Of a stretch of DNA of 64,000 bases, positions 44,950-55,300 are shown one piece after another (within the stretch, counting starts at the first letter, position 1; the number at the start of each line of letters is the position of its first letter). The position numbers were made by a program, and so were the translations under genes. Below the pieces are notes generated by a model that saw nothing but the letters and a program-made list of their open reading frames with translations, was not told where the DNA came from and ran no database searches. The stretch spans positions 33 to 64,032 of the forward strand of contig CAYTNY010000001.1 of assembly GCA_964439215.1 (NCBI GenBank), read 5' to 3'. The DNA is from an uncultured Spirochaetia bacterium (GTDB lineage: Bacteria > Oederibacteriota > PGYV01 > CAYTNY01).

Positions 44950-45750
44950 TCAGTAACCGGTTATAAATATTTTTGCTCTGTCTGCTTTTTTTATGATCTT
45001 CTCCCTGTCAAGAAGAAATGTTCTGCCTGCCTCAAGCGCAATTCCCGCGCCTTTATGTTTTTGAATAAGATCTATTGTTTTTTCTCCCACAACAGGAACG
45101 TCATACCTCATATCCTGTCCCGGCCTTGCCGCTTTTACGACCACAAAGCCCGGCCCGCCTTCCGCCGCGGCGCGTTCAATGCATTTATCTGTTCCTTCCA
45201 TTGCTTCAACCGCAATTATTGACTTCTTTTTCACAACAACCGTCTGTCCTATATCCAGCGACGCCGTCTTTTTCGCGATCTTAATTCCCAGCTGAATATC
45301 CCGGATATTATCTTTCCCCGGCGCTGTTTTTCCCGCATTTCCCTTTCCCGCAAGAAAATCCTCAAGAAGATATGTACTCTTTAAGACCTTTATTCCTTTT
45401 TCCGAAAAAAGGTCTATTATCCCTTTCATTACCGCGGCTGCCCTGAAATCCTTAAGTTTCATAAGAGTCTTTAAAGTAAGCATGTCAAACTTTATATTTT
45501 TAACAAGATTTGCGTGCCGAATATAACCCAAAAGCACTATCCTGTCAACCGCTTCTTTTCTGCATATACGGATGATTTTAGAAAGCTCCGTTATTTTTAT
45601 TTCATAAGGCTCTGAATATTCGGCAAGCGCTTTTATGTCAGCCTCGCCTGTTATTCCGAAAACAACCACGGGCTTTTTTTTCTCCGCTGCTTTGCGCAGG
45701 AACAAAAGCGGCAGGCTGCCTCCTCCCGCCGCAAGGGCTGTTTTCTTCAC
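44950..45750 (-). CDS. lpxI: UDP-2,3-diacylglucosamine pyrophosphatase LpxI (DUF1009)
   Basis: DUF1009-type N-terminus LAAGGGSLP. Size 266 aa. Immediately downstream of lpxA with a 4-nt overlap, as in other lpxI-bearing genomes. Confidence 0.65.
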   Translation of the reverse strand: MKKTALAAGGGSLPLLFLRKAAEKKKPVVVFGITGEADIKALAEYSEPYEIKITELSKIIRICRKEAVDRIVLLGYIRHANLVKNIKFDMLTLKTLMKLKDFRAAAVMKGIIDLFSEKGIKVLKSTYLLEDFLAGKGNAGKTAPGKDNIRDIQLGIKIAKKTASLDIGQTVVVKKKSIIAVEAMEGTDKCIERAAAEGGPGFVVVKAARPGQDMRYDVPVVGEKTIDLIQKHKGAGIALEAGRTFLLDREKIIKKADRAKIFITGY

Positions 45751-46514
45751 CTTATGATACCTCTGGCGGATGTTTCCGCGAATTCAATAAAATGCCTGAC
45801 ATCTTCGGTATTCTCCGCCTGTTTTTTCACGGTTTCAACCGCTTCTTTCATCATAAGTTTCTTTCTGAAAATAATATTATATGCGTTTTGAAGCGCCTTT
45901 ATCCTCGCGGAGTCAAAACCTTTTCGTTTCAGTCCGACTTTATTCAGCCCGAACGTTCTTGCGGGCTCGCTGACAACCATGACAAACGGCATTGCGTCTT
46001 TGGTGACCCTGCATCCTCCGCCTATCATGCTGTATGCGCCTATTCTGACGCCCTGGTGCACAAGCACCGTACTGCTTATAAACGCATGGTCCTCAACAAG
46101 CGTGTGCCCCGCCAGCTGTGCGGCGTTTACTATTATAACATTATTCTTCACCCGCGCATCATGGGCCATATGAACATATCCCATGATAAAGTTATTGTCT
46201 CCTATACGGGTCGCGCCGCCGGGAGCGGTTGCCCTGTGTATTGTGGCATATTCCCTTATGACATTTCCGTCTCCCACAATAACAAATGATTCTTCGTCTT
46301 TAAATTTTGTATCCTGCGGCTTATCGCCTATCAGCGTGCCTTCTCCGATATAATTTCCTCTGCCCAGGACAGTGCCTTTTTTAAGATGAACCTTCGGCGC
46401 GATTTCGCATTCATCTCCCACAACAACGCCTTCATCAATTATGGCAAAGGCTCCCACCTTTACATTTTTTCCTATTTCCGCTTTTTCGGAAACCAGAGCT
46501 GTATCGTGTATCAC
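45747..46514 (-). CDS. lpxA: Acyl-ACP--UDP-GlcNAc O-acyltransferase LpxA
   Basis: Left-handed beta-helix hexapeptide repeats. N-terminus MIHDTALVSEKAEIGKNVKVGAFAII. 255 aa. Confidence 0.85.
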   Translation of the reverse strand: MIHDTALVSEKAEIGKNVKVGAFAIIDEGVVVGDECEIAPKVHLKKGTVLGRGNYIGEGTLIGDKPQDTKFKDEESFVIVGDGNVIREYATIHRATAPGGATRIGDNNFIMGYVHMAHDARVKNNVIIVNAAQLAGHTLVEDHAFISSTVLVHQGVRIGAYSMIGGGCRVTKDAMPFVMVVSEPARTFGLNKVGLKRKGFDSARIKALQNAYNIIFRKKLMMKEAVETVKKQAENTEDVRHFIEFAETSARGIIR

Positions 46515-46535
46515 TTCACTTCTCCTTTTTCATCA

Positions 46536-46976
46536 TCAGGCGATCATAGCCATCATATCCGCTTCCGCGGCTTTGTCCTCTCCGACAAAAGCGTCCCCGT
46601 GTATTTTTCCTATCTTTCCTTTAAATTTTTCTATTGTCACCTTCATCGTCAGCGTGTCCCCGGGAACCACCGGCCTTCTGAACTTCACATTGTCAATTGA
46701 CATGAAATAAATGGCTTTTCCTTCCTGTCCTTCAAGTTTTTTCATGAGAAGCACCCCGCCGGTCTGCGCCATTGCCTCCACAATCAGAACCCCCGGCATT
46801 ACGGGTTCATCCGGATAATGCCCCTGGAAGAACCATTCATTCATAGTCACATTCTTTATTCCTGTAATTGACTCCCCTTCTGTGATTTCCGTTATTCTGT
46901 CCACGAGCAGCATAGGGATCCTGTGGGGAATAAGTTTCATAATTTCTTTAACATTCAGCTTTGTTTCCATAATCAT
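46536..46976 (-). CDS. fabZ: 3-hydroxyacyl-ACP dehydratase FabZ
   Basis: Hotdog fold. Active-site region FFQGHYPDEPVMPGVLIVEAMAQ. Confidence 0.9.
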   Translation of the reverse strand: MIMETKLNVKEIMKLIPHRIPMLLVDRITEITEGESITGIKNVTMNEWFFQGHYPDEPVMPGVLIVEAMAQTGGVLLMKKLEGQEGKAIYFMSIDNVKFRRPVVPGDTLTMKVTIEKFKGKIGKIHGDAFVGEDKAAEADMMAMIA

Positions 46977-47015
46977 TCACCTCGTTTTTTTTCATGAATT
47001 AATATACGGCCGGGA

Positions 47016-47837
47016 TTATTTTTTAATCGTGCGGATTTTCTTTATTGCTTCTATATTATGCCTGTGCCCTGTCTTATAGGCAATAACAAGCATTTTCAGT
47101 CCTGAACCCAGAATGCCGAAGTCGCCTATTACATCAAGAGCCTTATGCCTTGCCAGTTCGTTTTTATACCGCAGTCTTGTATTAACGGCCCTGCCTTTAT
47201 CCATCAGAACCGCGTTTTTAGGCCCCGCGCCTTTTATAAGCCCGCTTTTTATGAGCCCCTGCAGTTCTTTTTTAAAGCCAAAAGTTCTGGCCCGGCAGAT
47301 GCGTTTTAAGTATGTATCAGGCGTTACCTCCGATGAAAACTCCATCGGCCCGCATCCCATTTCGGAAAAATCGGAAAAATAATAAACTTTAAACACAGGA
47401 TACGGAATAACAGCCAGAAAACAGCCGTTGTCTTTAACTGCCGCAGGCTCTTTTATTTCCAGTGTTTTTTTTAATGCATTCTGTTTTTTCAGCCCCGCAC
47501 TCAAAACAGCTTTCGCAAAAACCGCGGCGCTGCCGTCGCCGCAGGGAAGTTCGCCGCCTTTAATTTCAACGGTTATATTGTCTATTCCAAGCCCCCGCAC
47601 AGCCGATACCATATGCTCCACGGTATAAATCCTGCTTTTTCCTTTTTTTACGGATGTCCCGCGCCTTGTATCAAATACATTTTCGGGCCTCAGGGTATAT
47701 TTCTCATTATTATTCTTTATTATTATTCCTCTGCCGGGCGCGGCCGCGGAAAAAACCACGGTGCTTTCTCTGCCCTTGTGCAGGCCCCTGCCTTTTACCA
47801 GCGCGCTTCCCGCAATAGTAATCTGTTTTTCTCTCAT
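47016..47837 (-). CDS. lpxC: UDP-3-O-acyl-GlcNAc deacetylase LpxC
   Basis: N-terminus [24 protein letters not shown]. 273 aa. Overlaps lpxD by 4 nt. Confidence 0.85.
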   Translation of the reverse strand: MREKQITIAGSALVKGRGLHKGRESTVVFSAAAPGRGIIIKNNNEKYTLRPENVFDTRRGTSVKKGKSRIYTVEHMVSAVRGLGIDNITVEIKGGELPCGDGSAAVFAKAVLSAGLKKQNALKKTLEIKEPAAVKDNGCFLAVIPYPVFKVYYFSDFSEMGCGPMEFSSEVTPDTYLKRICRARTFGFKKELQGLIKSGLIKGAGPKNAVLMDKGRAVNTRLRYKNELARHKALDVIGDFGILGSGLKMLVIAYKTGHRHNIEAIKKIRTIKK

Positions 47838-48859
47838 TTGTTCTTTTTAAACCCGTCCAGTTCCTCTTTGATTTTTCTGATCTCTTTTATAAGCTCCGGA
47901 ATCTTAGCTGTATTTGCCTCTGCTCTTCTGACCTGCATAATGGGCCTTGCCGGGGTCCCGCTCATAACAGAACCCGGTTCAATATCCTTTGAAACTCCGG
48001 CCTTAGATCCTATTATTGCTCCGTCTTTTATCGCGACATGGTCGGCAATACCTGCCTGTCCGCCTATAATGCATCCTTTTCCTATCACCGTGCTTCCCGC
48101 AATACCGGTCTGCGCCGCAATAAGGGTTCCCGCCCCTATCTTTACATTATGGCCCACATGGATAAGATTATCCATTTTCACATTATCATCTATGACCGTA
48201 GGTCCGAAAGCGCCTCTGTCAATACAGCAGTTCGCCCCTATTTCAACGTTATTTCCGATCTCCACCCATCCTGTCTGGGGTATTTTCACAACATCATCCT
48301 TAACCGGAAGGAAACCAAATCCATCCGGACCTATGACGGCTCCCGCATGAATAATACAGTCAACTCCTATTTTTACCCGCGCGTATATTACCGCATTCGG
48401 GTATATAATTGTTTTATTTCCGATTGCGGCATTTTCTCCGACACAGACGCCGTCCGACACCACAGCCATATCCCCGATGCTGCATCCGTCTCTTATTACC
48501 GCGGCTCCCCCAATATGAACGTCTTTTCCTATTTTTACATCTTTTCCTATTACCGCTGTTTCTGAGATACCCGGCTGCGGCCGCGGCCGGGTATAAAACA
48601 TCCTTAAAACTTCAACATACGCTTTTTTTGCGTCGTCTACCTTTATTATTGTCTTCCCTTTTAAATCTGACCGTGAATCCGAAATTATAACCCGCGCCTT
48701 TGAACGTTCCGCCGCTTCAATATATTTTTCGGAAAGAATAAAGCTCGCATCCGTGCCGGAAGCATTTTCAAGATCTGAGATTCCGGATATAACAGCCTCC
48801 GCATCACCGGCAGCTGTTCCGCCCAGTTTTCGCGCCAGCTGCCGTGCGGAAAGTTCCAT
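47834..48859 (-). CDS. lpxD: UDP-3-O-(3-hydroxyacyl)glucosamine N-acyltransferase LpxD
   Basis: N-terminal UDP-binding domain plus long hexapeptide-repeat beta-helix. 341 aa. Follows skp. Confidence 0.85.
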   Translation of the reverse strand: MELSARQLARKLGGTAAGDAEAVISGISDLENASGTDASFILSEKYIEAAERSKARVIISDSRSDLKGKTIIKVDDAKKAYVEVLRMFYTRPRPQPGISETAVIGKDVKIGKDVHIGGAAVIRDGCSIGDMAVVSDGVCVGENAAIGNKTIIYPNAVIYARVKIGVDCIIHAGAVIGPDGFGFLPVKDDVVKIPQTGWVEIGNNVEIGANCCIDRGAFGPTVIDDNVKMDNLIHVGHNVKIGAGTLIAAQTGIAGSTVIGKGCIIGGQAGIADHVAIKDGAIIGSKAGVSKDIEPGSVMSGTPARPIMQVRRAEANTAKIPELIKEIRKIKEELDGFKKNK

Positions 48860-48865
48860 TGAATC

Positions 48866-49360
48866 TTAATTCCCGTTCATTTCTTTTATTACATCAAATG
48901 TAAGATCGTCGCCGCCGAACAACAGCAGGTTCTTTTCAAAAACATAATCATACCCTTCATCTTTCGCTACTTTCTGCACAACCGCTCTTATATGCTCTAT
49001 GATTTCGCCCGTGGCGCTCTGCTCTTCACTCATTAGCACACGTGCTTTTTCCTCCGCTTCCCTGGAAAGTTTCGCGATCTCCTGCTGAAGTTCTTCCTGT
49101 TTTTTCTGAAGATTTTTCCTGTCAAGCACACCTGCTTTCTTTTCCAGGTCATCTCTCCTCTCAAGAAGCATCTGTTTTTCTTTTTCTATGTTCTTTTCCA
49201 TCTCTTCTTTTTTCTTCATAAGTTTTTCCTGAGCCTTTTTTGTACCCCCATACTTTGAAAAGACCTTTTCAATGTCAACATAACCCACATTCAGCGCAAA
49301 TGCCGACACCGAAAAAACCATAAGCATCAAAACCGCCGTCAAAATCTTCATTTTTCTCAT
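48866..49360 (-). CDS. skp: Periplasmic chaperone Skp/OmpH
   Basis: Signal peptide plus a Lys/Glu-rich coiled coil. Canonical bamA-skp-lpxD position. Confidence 0.8.
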   Translation of the reverse strand: MRKMKILTAVLMLMVFSVSAFALNVGYVDIEKVFSKYGGTKKAQEKLMKKKEEMEKNIEKEKQMLLERRDDLEKKAGVLDRKNLQKKQEELQQEIAKLSREAEEKARVLMSEEQSATGEIIEHIRAVVQKVAKDEGYDYVFEKNLLLFGGDDLTFDVIKEMNGN

Positions 49361-49399
49361 TTCTATTACCTCCTGCTTTTTTTATTATTTTATTGAATG

Positions 49400-51778
49400 T
49401 TAAAATATATTCCCTATGTTAAAGTGTATCTTTCCATCCTGCCGCCCCGTGATAGGATCCGGAACCAGCGGGTAACCCCAGTCAAGCCTGATAAGCATAA
49501 CAGTTCCGGGTATCGTAAACCTTATTCCCATTCCCGCACTCGGATAAAGGAACGGATTTGAGAAATCAACGTCTTTTGAACTTGTCCAGGCATTTCCGCT
49601 GTCATAAAAAGCCACAACAGAAAACATCCTCTCAACCACTTTCAGTTTGTATTCCAGATTTGTAACCAGTGTGAAATTCCCTCCACCCAGCGGATTAAGA
49701 GCCCGTTCTTCATAACCTCTTACCGTATCCGTTCCGCCGCAGTAAAATTTCTCTGTCGGCGGCACGTCCGGCGAACCGTATGCCCATGGATAGCCCCATA
49801 CATTTCCGATCTTTGCCCGGAAGCCAAGTACAAATTTCCAAATACTGGGGGTGAAATATCTGAAGTCAGCAATTCCTTTATAATAATTATAATCCCCGCC
49901 CAGAATACCTCCGCCTGTCTGAAGCGCCAAACTTGCGTAGAGACCCTTTCCGGGATCAAAAACATCATCTCTGGTATCATAAACAAACATCGGGGTTATA
50001 CTGCTTACCTGGCTCTTTCTTTCCTCTATTACTCCCTGCAGCTCCTCGTCAATATTTGAATAAGCGTCCTCCTGATACCTGTATGTCATAAAACCTTTCA
50101 TTTCATTTGTGAATCTTCTGCCAAAACTGAGGTTCAGCCCGTAAGTATCAAGGTCATATCCCTGATTATTGTAATCTTTTTCCTTTAATATGTTCCATAC
50201 ATCAACACCCAGAGATGTCGGCACATCAAAGAGCCACGGATCTTCATAGGAAAGCTGCCAGCTTCTTTTTGTATTGCCGAACTGAACATCCGCACTGAAA
50301 GATTTGCCCTCCCCGAAAAGATTCGCGTTCGTAAGCTGCACATATCCCACAAGCCCTTCCACGGTTGAGTATCCGGCTCCGAGTCCTATTGTATTTGTTT
50401 TTCTTTCAACAACTTCAAAAACAAGATTGAGTTCATCCATTGCTATCTGTTCCGTATCTATCACAACATTGTCAAAGAATCCCAGATTGTATATTCTTTC
50501 CTGCGACTTTTTGATCTTTTCGCTGTCAAAAGGCTCATCCGGCTTCACAAGGATCTCCCTCAGGATCACTTTGTCTTTTGTCGCGTAATTGCCCCGTATT
50601 TTTATTTCATTAACATATGCAACCGGGCCCTCGGATATGGCAAGGCCTATATCAACCTCTCCGGTATCATCATCATAAAAATAAGACCTTCGCACCTGCG
50701 CGAAAATATGTCCTTTTTGCGAATACATATTCTTTACCCTTGCCACATCCTGCTCAAAACGGTTCCTGTCAAATTCCCTGTCTTTCCGGCTTTTTATGTT
50801 TTCCTCGATCTCGCGCGTCGTGAATATTTCATTGCCCTCTATCACTATCTCTCTTATTTCATACCGCGCGCCCTCTTTTATCGGTATCGTTATTTCTATC
50901 GTATTTGTTTCCGTATCTATATCCACGAATTCTTCTATGAGCTTCTCTCTGTTCATTTCGATCTCGCCGGATTCATAGCCGTTTATCTTTGCTTTCACAT
51001 AACCTTCGGATGAGTATGCGTTTAAAATCTTTTTCAGATCATTTATAAACTTATCATCATCAAACACACCGCTTTGAAACCATCCTTCTTCTTTTGTCTC
51101 CATAATTCCTTTTATCCTGTCAATGCTGAAAACCGAATTGCCTTCCGCGGTTATGGATTTTACTTTTACTTTTTCCCCTTCATTGACATTGATCTTTATT
51201 CCGACTCTTTTTTTGCCGTTTTCTTCGGTTTCCATCTCATTTATTTCGTAATTTACATCCGCGTAATAATAATTTCTTGTTTTATACATTTCTTCTATCT
51301 GGCCCACAACTTTTTTAAGAAGAAATTCATCCAGATAGCCGCCTTCTTTTATTTTGGGGTTATCACGGCTTTCAGGCGCTTCATCCTGGGCGTCGAAAGG
51401 ATTTATCGTTTCCTGCGCATCAAGTTCAAATTTCCCTTTAATATCACCGCTGCCGATACCTTCATTTCCTTCTATTGCAATTTCCGCAACTACGGGTTTC
51501 TCTTCTATCTTATAAGTCAGCACATTTTTCCCATCTTCTTCGGACAACACGACATTAATATCGTCAAATATTCCGGTTTCATACAGATTTCTGATATCTT
51601 CGCGTGTCTTGTACTGCGAATACGGCATGCCTATCCCGTATGATATCCTGCTCAGTATTTCCTGTTCATCGGCGGTCACCAGGCCCGTTATTCTAATATC
51701 GTCAATTATTGTTATTGCCGCGTTCAGAACCGGTGCCAGACACATAAAAATCAATAAAAATCGCAAATTTTTAAACAC
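49400..51778 (-). CDS. bamA: Outer-membrane protein assembly factor BamA
   Basis: Signal peptide, multiple POTRA domains, and a C-terminal Bac_surface_Ag/Omp85 barrel. 792 aa. Confidence 0.9.
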   Translation of the reverse strand: MFKNLRFLLIFMCLAPVLNAAITIIDDIRITGLVTADEQEILSRISYGIGMPYSQYKTREDIRNLYETGIFDDINVVLSEEDGKNVLTYKIEEKPVVAEIAIEGNEGIGSGDIKGKFELDAQETINPFDAQDEAPESRDNPKIKEGGYLDEFLLKKVVGQIEEMYKTRNYYYADVNYEINEMETEENGKKRVGIKINVNEGEKVKVKSITAEGNSVFSIDRIKGIMETKEEGWFQSGVFDDDKFINDLKKILNAYSSEGYVKAKINGYESGEIEMNREKLIEEFVDIDTETNTIEITIPIKEGARYEIREIVIEGNEIFTTREIEENIKSRKDREFDRNRFEQDVARVKNMYSQKGHIFAQVRRSYFYDDDTGEVDIGLAISEGPVAYVNEIKIRGNYATKDKVILREILVKPDEPFDSEKIKKSQERIYNLGFFDNVVIDTEQIAMDELNLVFEVVERKTNTIGLGAGYSTVEGLVGYVQLTNANLFGEGKSFSADVQFGNTKRSWQLSYEDPWLFDVPTSLGVDVWNILKEKDYNNQGYDLDTYGLNLSFGRRFTNEMKGFMTYRYQEDAYSNIDEELQGVIEERKSQVSSITPMFVYDTRDDVFDPGKGLYASLALQTGGGILGGDYNYYKGIADFRYFTPSIWKFVLGFRAKIGNVWGYPWAYGSPDVPPTEKFYCGGTDTVRGYEERALNPLGGGNFTLVTNLEYKLKVVERMFSVVAFYDSGNAWTSSKDVDFSNPFLYPSAGMGIRFTIPGTVMLIRLDWGYPLVPDPITGRQDGKIHFNIGNIF

Positions 51779-52050
51779 TTATATTACCTCCATTGTATTC
51801 TTGATAATTTGAAATATATTATAACATATAAAAAAACAAATTCAATACGTTTAGCCACTTTTCTTTTTTCCATATAACAAAAAACTGTGTCATAAAAACA
51901 TGCTTCCGGATATACACCCGGTCAAACACTGAACAGCAACTGCTTTTGTATCTGTTAAGTCTTTGGACGTTTAAAAAGGCGTTCCGGTTCACATATATTT
52001 CCCCAAAGCAGACATAAATACTCCCGGAACATAATTTTAAAATAAATTAC

Positions 52051-52079
52051 TTGAACACAGCTGTTTTTCAGTGTAAAAT
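52051..52079 (+). promoter_or_regulatory. Sigma70-type promoter for the HNH gene (TTGAAC-17-TAAAAT)
   Basis: -35 TTGAAC at 52051-52056, a 17-nt spacer, and -10 TAAAAT at 52074-52079. AAGGAGA RBS 9 nt before the ATG at 52107. Confidence 0.5.
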
Positions 52080-52106
52080 AATATAAATTTATAAGGAGAA
52101 TATCTG

Positions 52107-52682
52107 ATGGACCCTGATCAAAATGTCCTGCTCCTTAATTCTACCTTTGAACCGCTTACTGTTTTGCGGGGACGCAGGGCTTTAAAACTTATTTTTGAGA
52201 GAAAAGCGCACGTTATAGAAGACAGCGGGGTTTTTCTGCATACCGTAAAACACAAACTCAAACTGCCTTCAGTTGTTCAGCTTATGTATTATGTCAAAAA
52301 GCCCTATAAAAAACCCAAATTCTCCAAAAAAGCCATTTTCATAAGGGATAACTTCCGCTGCCAGTACTGCAGAACATATACATCCAAGCCCACCATTGAC
52401 CATATAGTTCCCAAAAGCAAGAACGGGCCCTCTGTATGGACAAACGTGGTAACAGCCTGCCACAAATGCAACAATAAAAAGAGCGACAGAACACTCAAAG
52501 AAGCCGGAATGACCCTTTTAAAAAAACCCCGCACTCCTAAGTATATAATAATCCATGGTTTTTCCGGAACAAAGAATATAAAGAAATGGGAAAAATACTT
52601 CAACCCCGGAGAACAGAAAATATCCAGAAATTATAATTCTCATTTTGAATCCGCTCTGCCCGCACTCGAGCAGAATGCCTGA
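52107..52682 (+). CDS. Stand-alone HNH endonuclease (McrA-like, COG1403)
   Basis: HNH motif FRCQYCRTYTSKPTIDHIVPKSKNGPSVWTNVVTACHKCNNKK. N-terminal LLLNSTFEPL region typical of this small family. Only plus-strand gene in a long minus-strand stretch. Confidence 0.75.
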   Translation: MDPDQNVLLLNSTFEPLTVLRGRRALKLIFERKAHVIEDSGVFLHTVKHKLKLPSVVQLMYYVKKPYKKPKFSKKAIFIRDNFRCQYCRTYTSKPTIDHIVPKSKNGPSVWTNVVTACHKCNNKKSDRTLKEAGMTLLKKPRTPKYIIIHGFSGTKNIKKWEKYFNPGEQKISRNYNSHFESALPALEQNA

Positions 52683-52701
52683 ATATACCCTCTGACCCCT
52701 C

Positions 52702-53556
52702 TTAAAACTCTGTCATAAAATCGCCGGGATTTACAGGTTCTTTAAACACATTCATCTGCCAGTGCAGATGCGGGCCCGTGGATATTCCGGTGCTTCCTAC
52801 GGCGCCTATTATATCGCCTTTTTTTACCACAACATCCTTATCCACATATATTTCGCTCATGTGTTCGTACAGAGAATAAACACCGCCGCCATGGTCTATA
52901 ACAATGGTTTTTCCGTGCCCCTTCATATCTTCGGCCAGTTTCACCGTTCCGTTGTTTGCTGCTTTTATCTCTGTTCCGGAAGGAGACGCAAGGTCCATTC
53001 CCTTGTGCCGCCATCCCACCGAACCGTCATCATATACTCGTTTTTTTCCAAACGGACTGGAAAGCCTTCCCGTAACAGGCCTTAAAAAAGGAAAATCAAA
53101 TTTCACCGGCGTTATTTCATCCTGCGCCTCTGATATGCGGATATTTTCCTCCCTCAGATATTTGCCGAGGGAAAAAACCTTTCCCCCTGTCTGTATAAGT
53201 GATTCTTCGCTTTTCATCGGGCGTATATTGATATATTCTTTTTTTTCGGTCTTTCCGCCTTCAGAGGAAAAATACCTTACTTTCATGACTTTTCTTCCCT
53301 GTGTCCCGAGCGGAACAGGCACAACTGCCATATATATATACTCACGGGATACCGGTTCATATTTCCTGAAAAAAACAGGATATTTTTCTTCCATAAATCT
53401 GATCTCCGACGCTTTTAAAGGCGCTTCAACACCGATCTTCACCTTTACAACTCCGCCTTCTTTCACTGTGTTTGTATCCAGCATTACATATCCCGGATAA
53501 ACAGACATCGGAAAAAGCAGGATCAAAAGAAACAATGCGTGTGTTTTTATCTTCAT
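52702..53556 (-). CDS. M23-family metallopeptidase (LytM-like), secreted
   Basis: Signal peptide. M23 catalytic motifs HKGMDLASPSGTEIKAANNGTV and GSTGISTGPHLHWQMN. Starts 2 nt after the pyrD stop. Confidence 0.85.
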   Translation of the reverse strand: MKIKTHALFLLILLFPMSVYPGYVMLDTNTVKEGGVVKVKIGVEAPLKASEIRFMEEKYPVFFRKYEPVSREYIYMAVVPVPLGTQGRKVMKVRYFSSEGGKTEKKEYINIRPMKSEESLIQTGGKVFSLGKYLREENIRISEAQDEITPVKFDFPFLRPVTGRLSSPFGKKRVYDDGSVGWRHKGMDLASPSGTEIKAANNGTVKLAEDMKGHGKTIVIDHGGGVYSLYEHMSEIYVDKDVVVKKGDIIGAVGSTGISTGPHLHWQMNVFKEPVNPGDFMTEF

Positions 53557-53557
53557 A

Positions 53558-54505
53558 TTAATACTTCAGACTCCCTCTTATCCTGTTCATGCTTTTTATT
53601 CCTTTCTTTAACATATATTCTTCTATCCCTGATATTGTTTTTTCACAGCTGCACGGGTCAACAAAATTCGCGGTGCCTATCTGGACAGCCGATGCTCCGG
53701 CAATTATAAATTCAAGAGCGTCTTCGGCGCACATTATACCGCCTATGCCTATAACCGGTATCTTTACTTTTTTTGAAACCTTATGCACCATAGCCAGCGC
53801 AACAGGTTTTACCGCGGGCCCTGACAGCCCGCCAAAAACATTTGCTATATGAGGCTTTCTTTTTTCAACATCAACAGACATACCCACAAGGGTATTTATA
53901 AGCGAGACCGCGTCAGCTCCGTGATCAGAGCACACAGCGGCCATTTCCTCTATATTTCCCGTATTCGGAGACAGTTTAACTATTACGGTTTTATCATATA
54001 CTTTTTTTATATCTTTCAGCATTTTTTTTACAGCTGTTTTGTCCGCCGCAAACTGAAGCCCTCCTTTTTTTACGTTCGGGCAGGATATGTTTATTTCAAT
54101 ACCCGCTGTTTCCGTATGATTCAGGCGCCGCGCTGCATCCGTGTATTCACTGACATTTGTGCCGTAAATATTCGCTATAACAGGTGTGTCGTATTTTTTA
54201 AGCAGCGGAAGTTTTTCGGAGATGAATTTTTCAACTCCTATATTCTGCAGTCCGATGGCGTTTATGATCCCGGCCGGCGTTTCAACAAGCCTTTGGGGCC
54301 TGTTTCCCTTCACGGGTTTTACTGACATGCCTTTTACAACGATTGCGCCCAGCCTGTTCAGATCAAAAAAATTCTCAAATTCAAGACCATAACCGAAAGT
54401 TCCGGAAGCCGTCATAACAGGATTTTTCAGCCTGAGCTTTCCTATTTTTACTCTTGCGCTGAAGCTCATACGCTCCTCCGCGGATAAAAGTTCAAAACAA
54501 AACAT
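53558..54505 (-). CDS. pyrD: Dihydroorotate dehydrogenase, catalytic subunit (class 1B PyrD)
   Basis: TIM-barrel DHODH motifs (NPVMTASGTFGYG; GIGGI). Paired with pyrK. Confidence 0.85.
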   Translation of the reverse strand: MFCFELLSAEERMSFSARVKIGKLRLKNPVMTASGTFGYGLEFENFFDLNRLGAIVVKGMSVKPVKGNRPQRLVETPAGIINAIGLQNIGVEKFISEKLPLLKKYDTPVIANIYGTNVSEYTDAARRLNHTETAGIEINISCPNVKKGGLQFAADKTAVKKMLKDIKKVYDKTVIVKLSPNTGNIEEMAAVCSDHGADAVSLINTLVGMSVDVEKRKPHIANVFGGLSGPAVKPVALAMVHKVSKKVKIPVIGIGGIMCAEDALEFIIAGASAVQIGTANFVDPCSCEKTISGIEEYMLKKGIKSMNRIRGSLKY

Positions 54506-55265
54506 CCTTTACATCAAAAACAGGCCCTTCTTTACAGACTCTTTTATATTCAAAATTATCTTTCCTGCCCACCGCAACCACGCAGCTTATGCAGGCGCCT
54601 ATTCCGCATCCCATATAAGCCTCAAGCGAAGCAAGCACACGCGTGTTTTTTTCCCTGCGGGCTTCTTTTCTCACTGCTTTTATCATCCCTTCGGGGCCGC
54701 AGGCAAAAACCACGCTGTCCGGTTTCAGTGTTTCCTCCAGCACACGGCCGGCAAGGCCTTTTATTCCGTACGAACCGTCCTCCGTACAGAATATACATCC
54801 CAATTTTTCGAGTTTTTCTTTCATTATTATCATTTCATCCGTCCGGGCGCCCTGAATCAAAGTGAATTTTATATTTTTCCCTCTTAAATATTCAGCGAGA
54901 TAATGCACCGATGCCGTGCCCGTGCCTCCGCCCACGAGTATGATATTTTTTTTCAGTGTTTCCGGCTCAAGGAAATCAAGATAAGAATTTCCCAAAGGCC
55001 CTATAAAATCAACCGGATCGTTCTTTTTTTTCTCCGAAAGGATCTCAGTGGCTCTTCCTATAACTTTATAAACTATCTCGGCATAATTCTCCCCGGCATC
55101 AAACACGGAAAACGGGCGCCTCAAAAGCGGGGCATAGCTGTCCGAAACCCTTATATTTATAAACTGCGCGGGTTTTGCGCTGAATTTCGCGGCTGTTTTT
55201 ATCTTCATATGATAAAACCCGGCGCCTGTTTTTCTGTTATATACTGTTTCTGCTTTATGCTTCAA
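54492..55265 (-). CDS. pyrK: Dihydroorotate dehydrogenase electron-transfer subunit PyrK
   Basis: FAD/NAD-binding ferredoxin-reductase fold plus a C-terminal 2Fe-2S Cys cluster (CGIGACISC). Confidence 0.85.
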   Translation of the reverse strand: MKHKAETVYNRKTGAGFYHMKIKTAAKFSAKPAQFINIRVSDSYAPLLRRPFSVFDAGENYAEIVYKVIGRATEILSEKKKNDPVDFIGPLGNSYLDFLEPETLKKNIILVGGGTGTASVHYLAEYLRGKNIKFTLIQGARTDEMIIMKEKLEKLGCIFCTEDGSYGIKGLAGRVLEETLKPDSVVFACGPEGMIKAVRKEARREKNTRVLASLEAYMGCGIGACISCVVAVGRKDNFEYKRVCKEGPVFDVKDVLF

Positions 55266-55300
55266 ATTTATCCTCCGGAAAAAAACACACAGAACGAATA

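Noticed and set aside
47613-48350. 245-aa plus-strand ORF spanning the lpxC/lpxD junction
   Set aside because: Antisense to two strongly supported lpx genes. No homology features. Typical shadow ORF.
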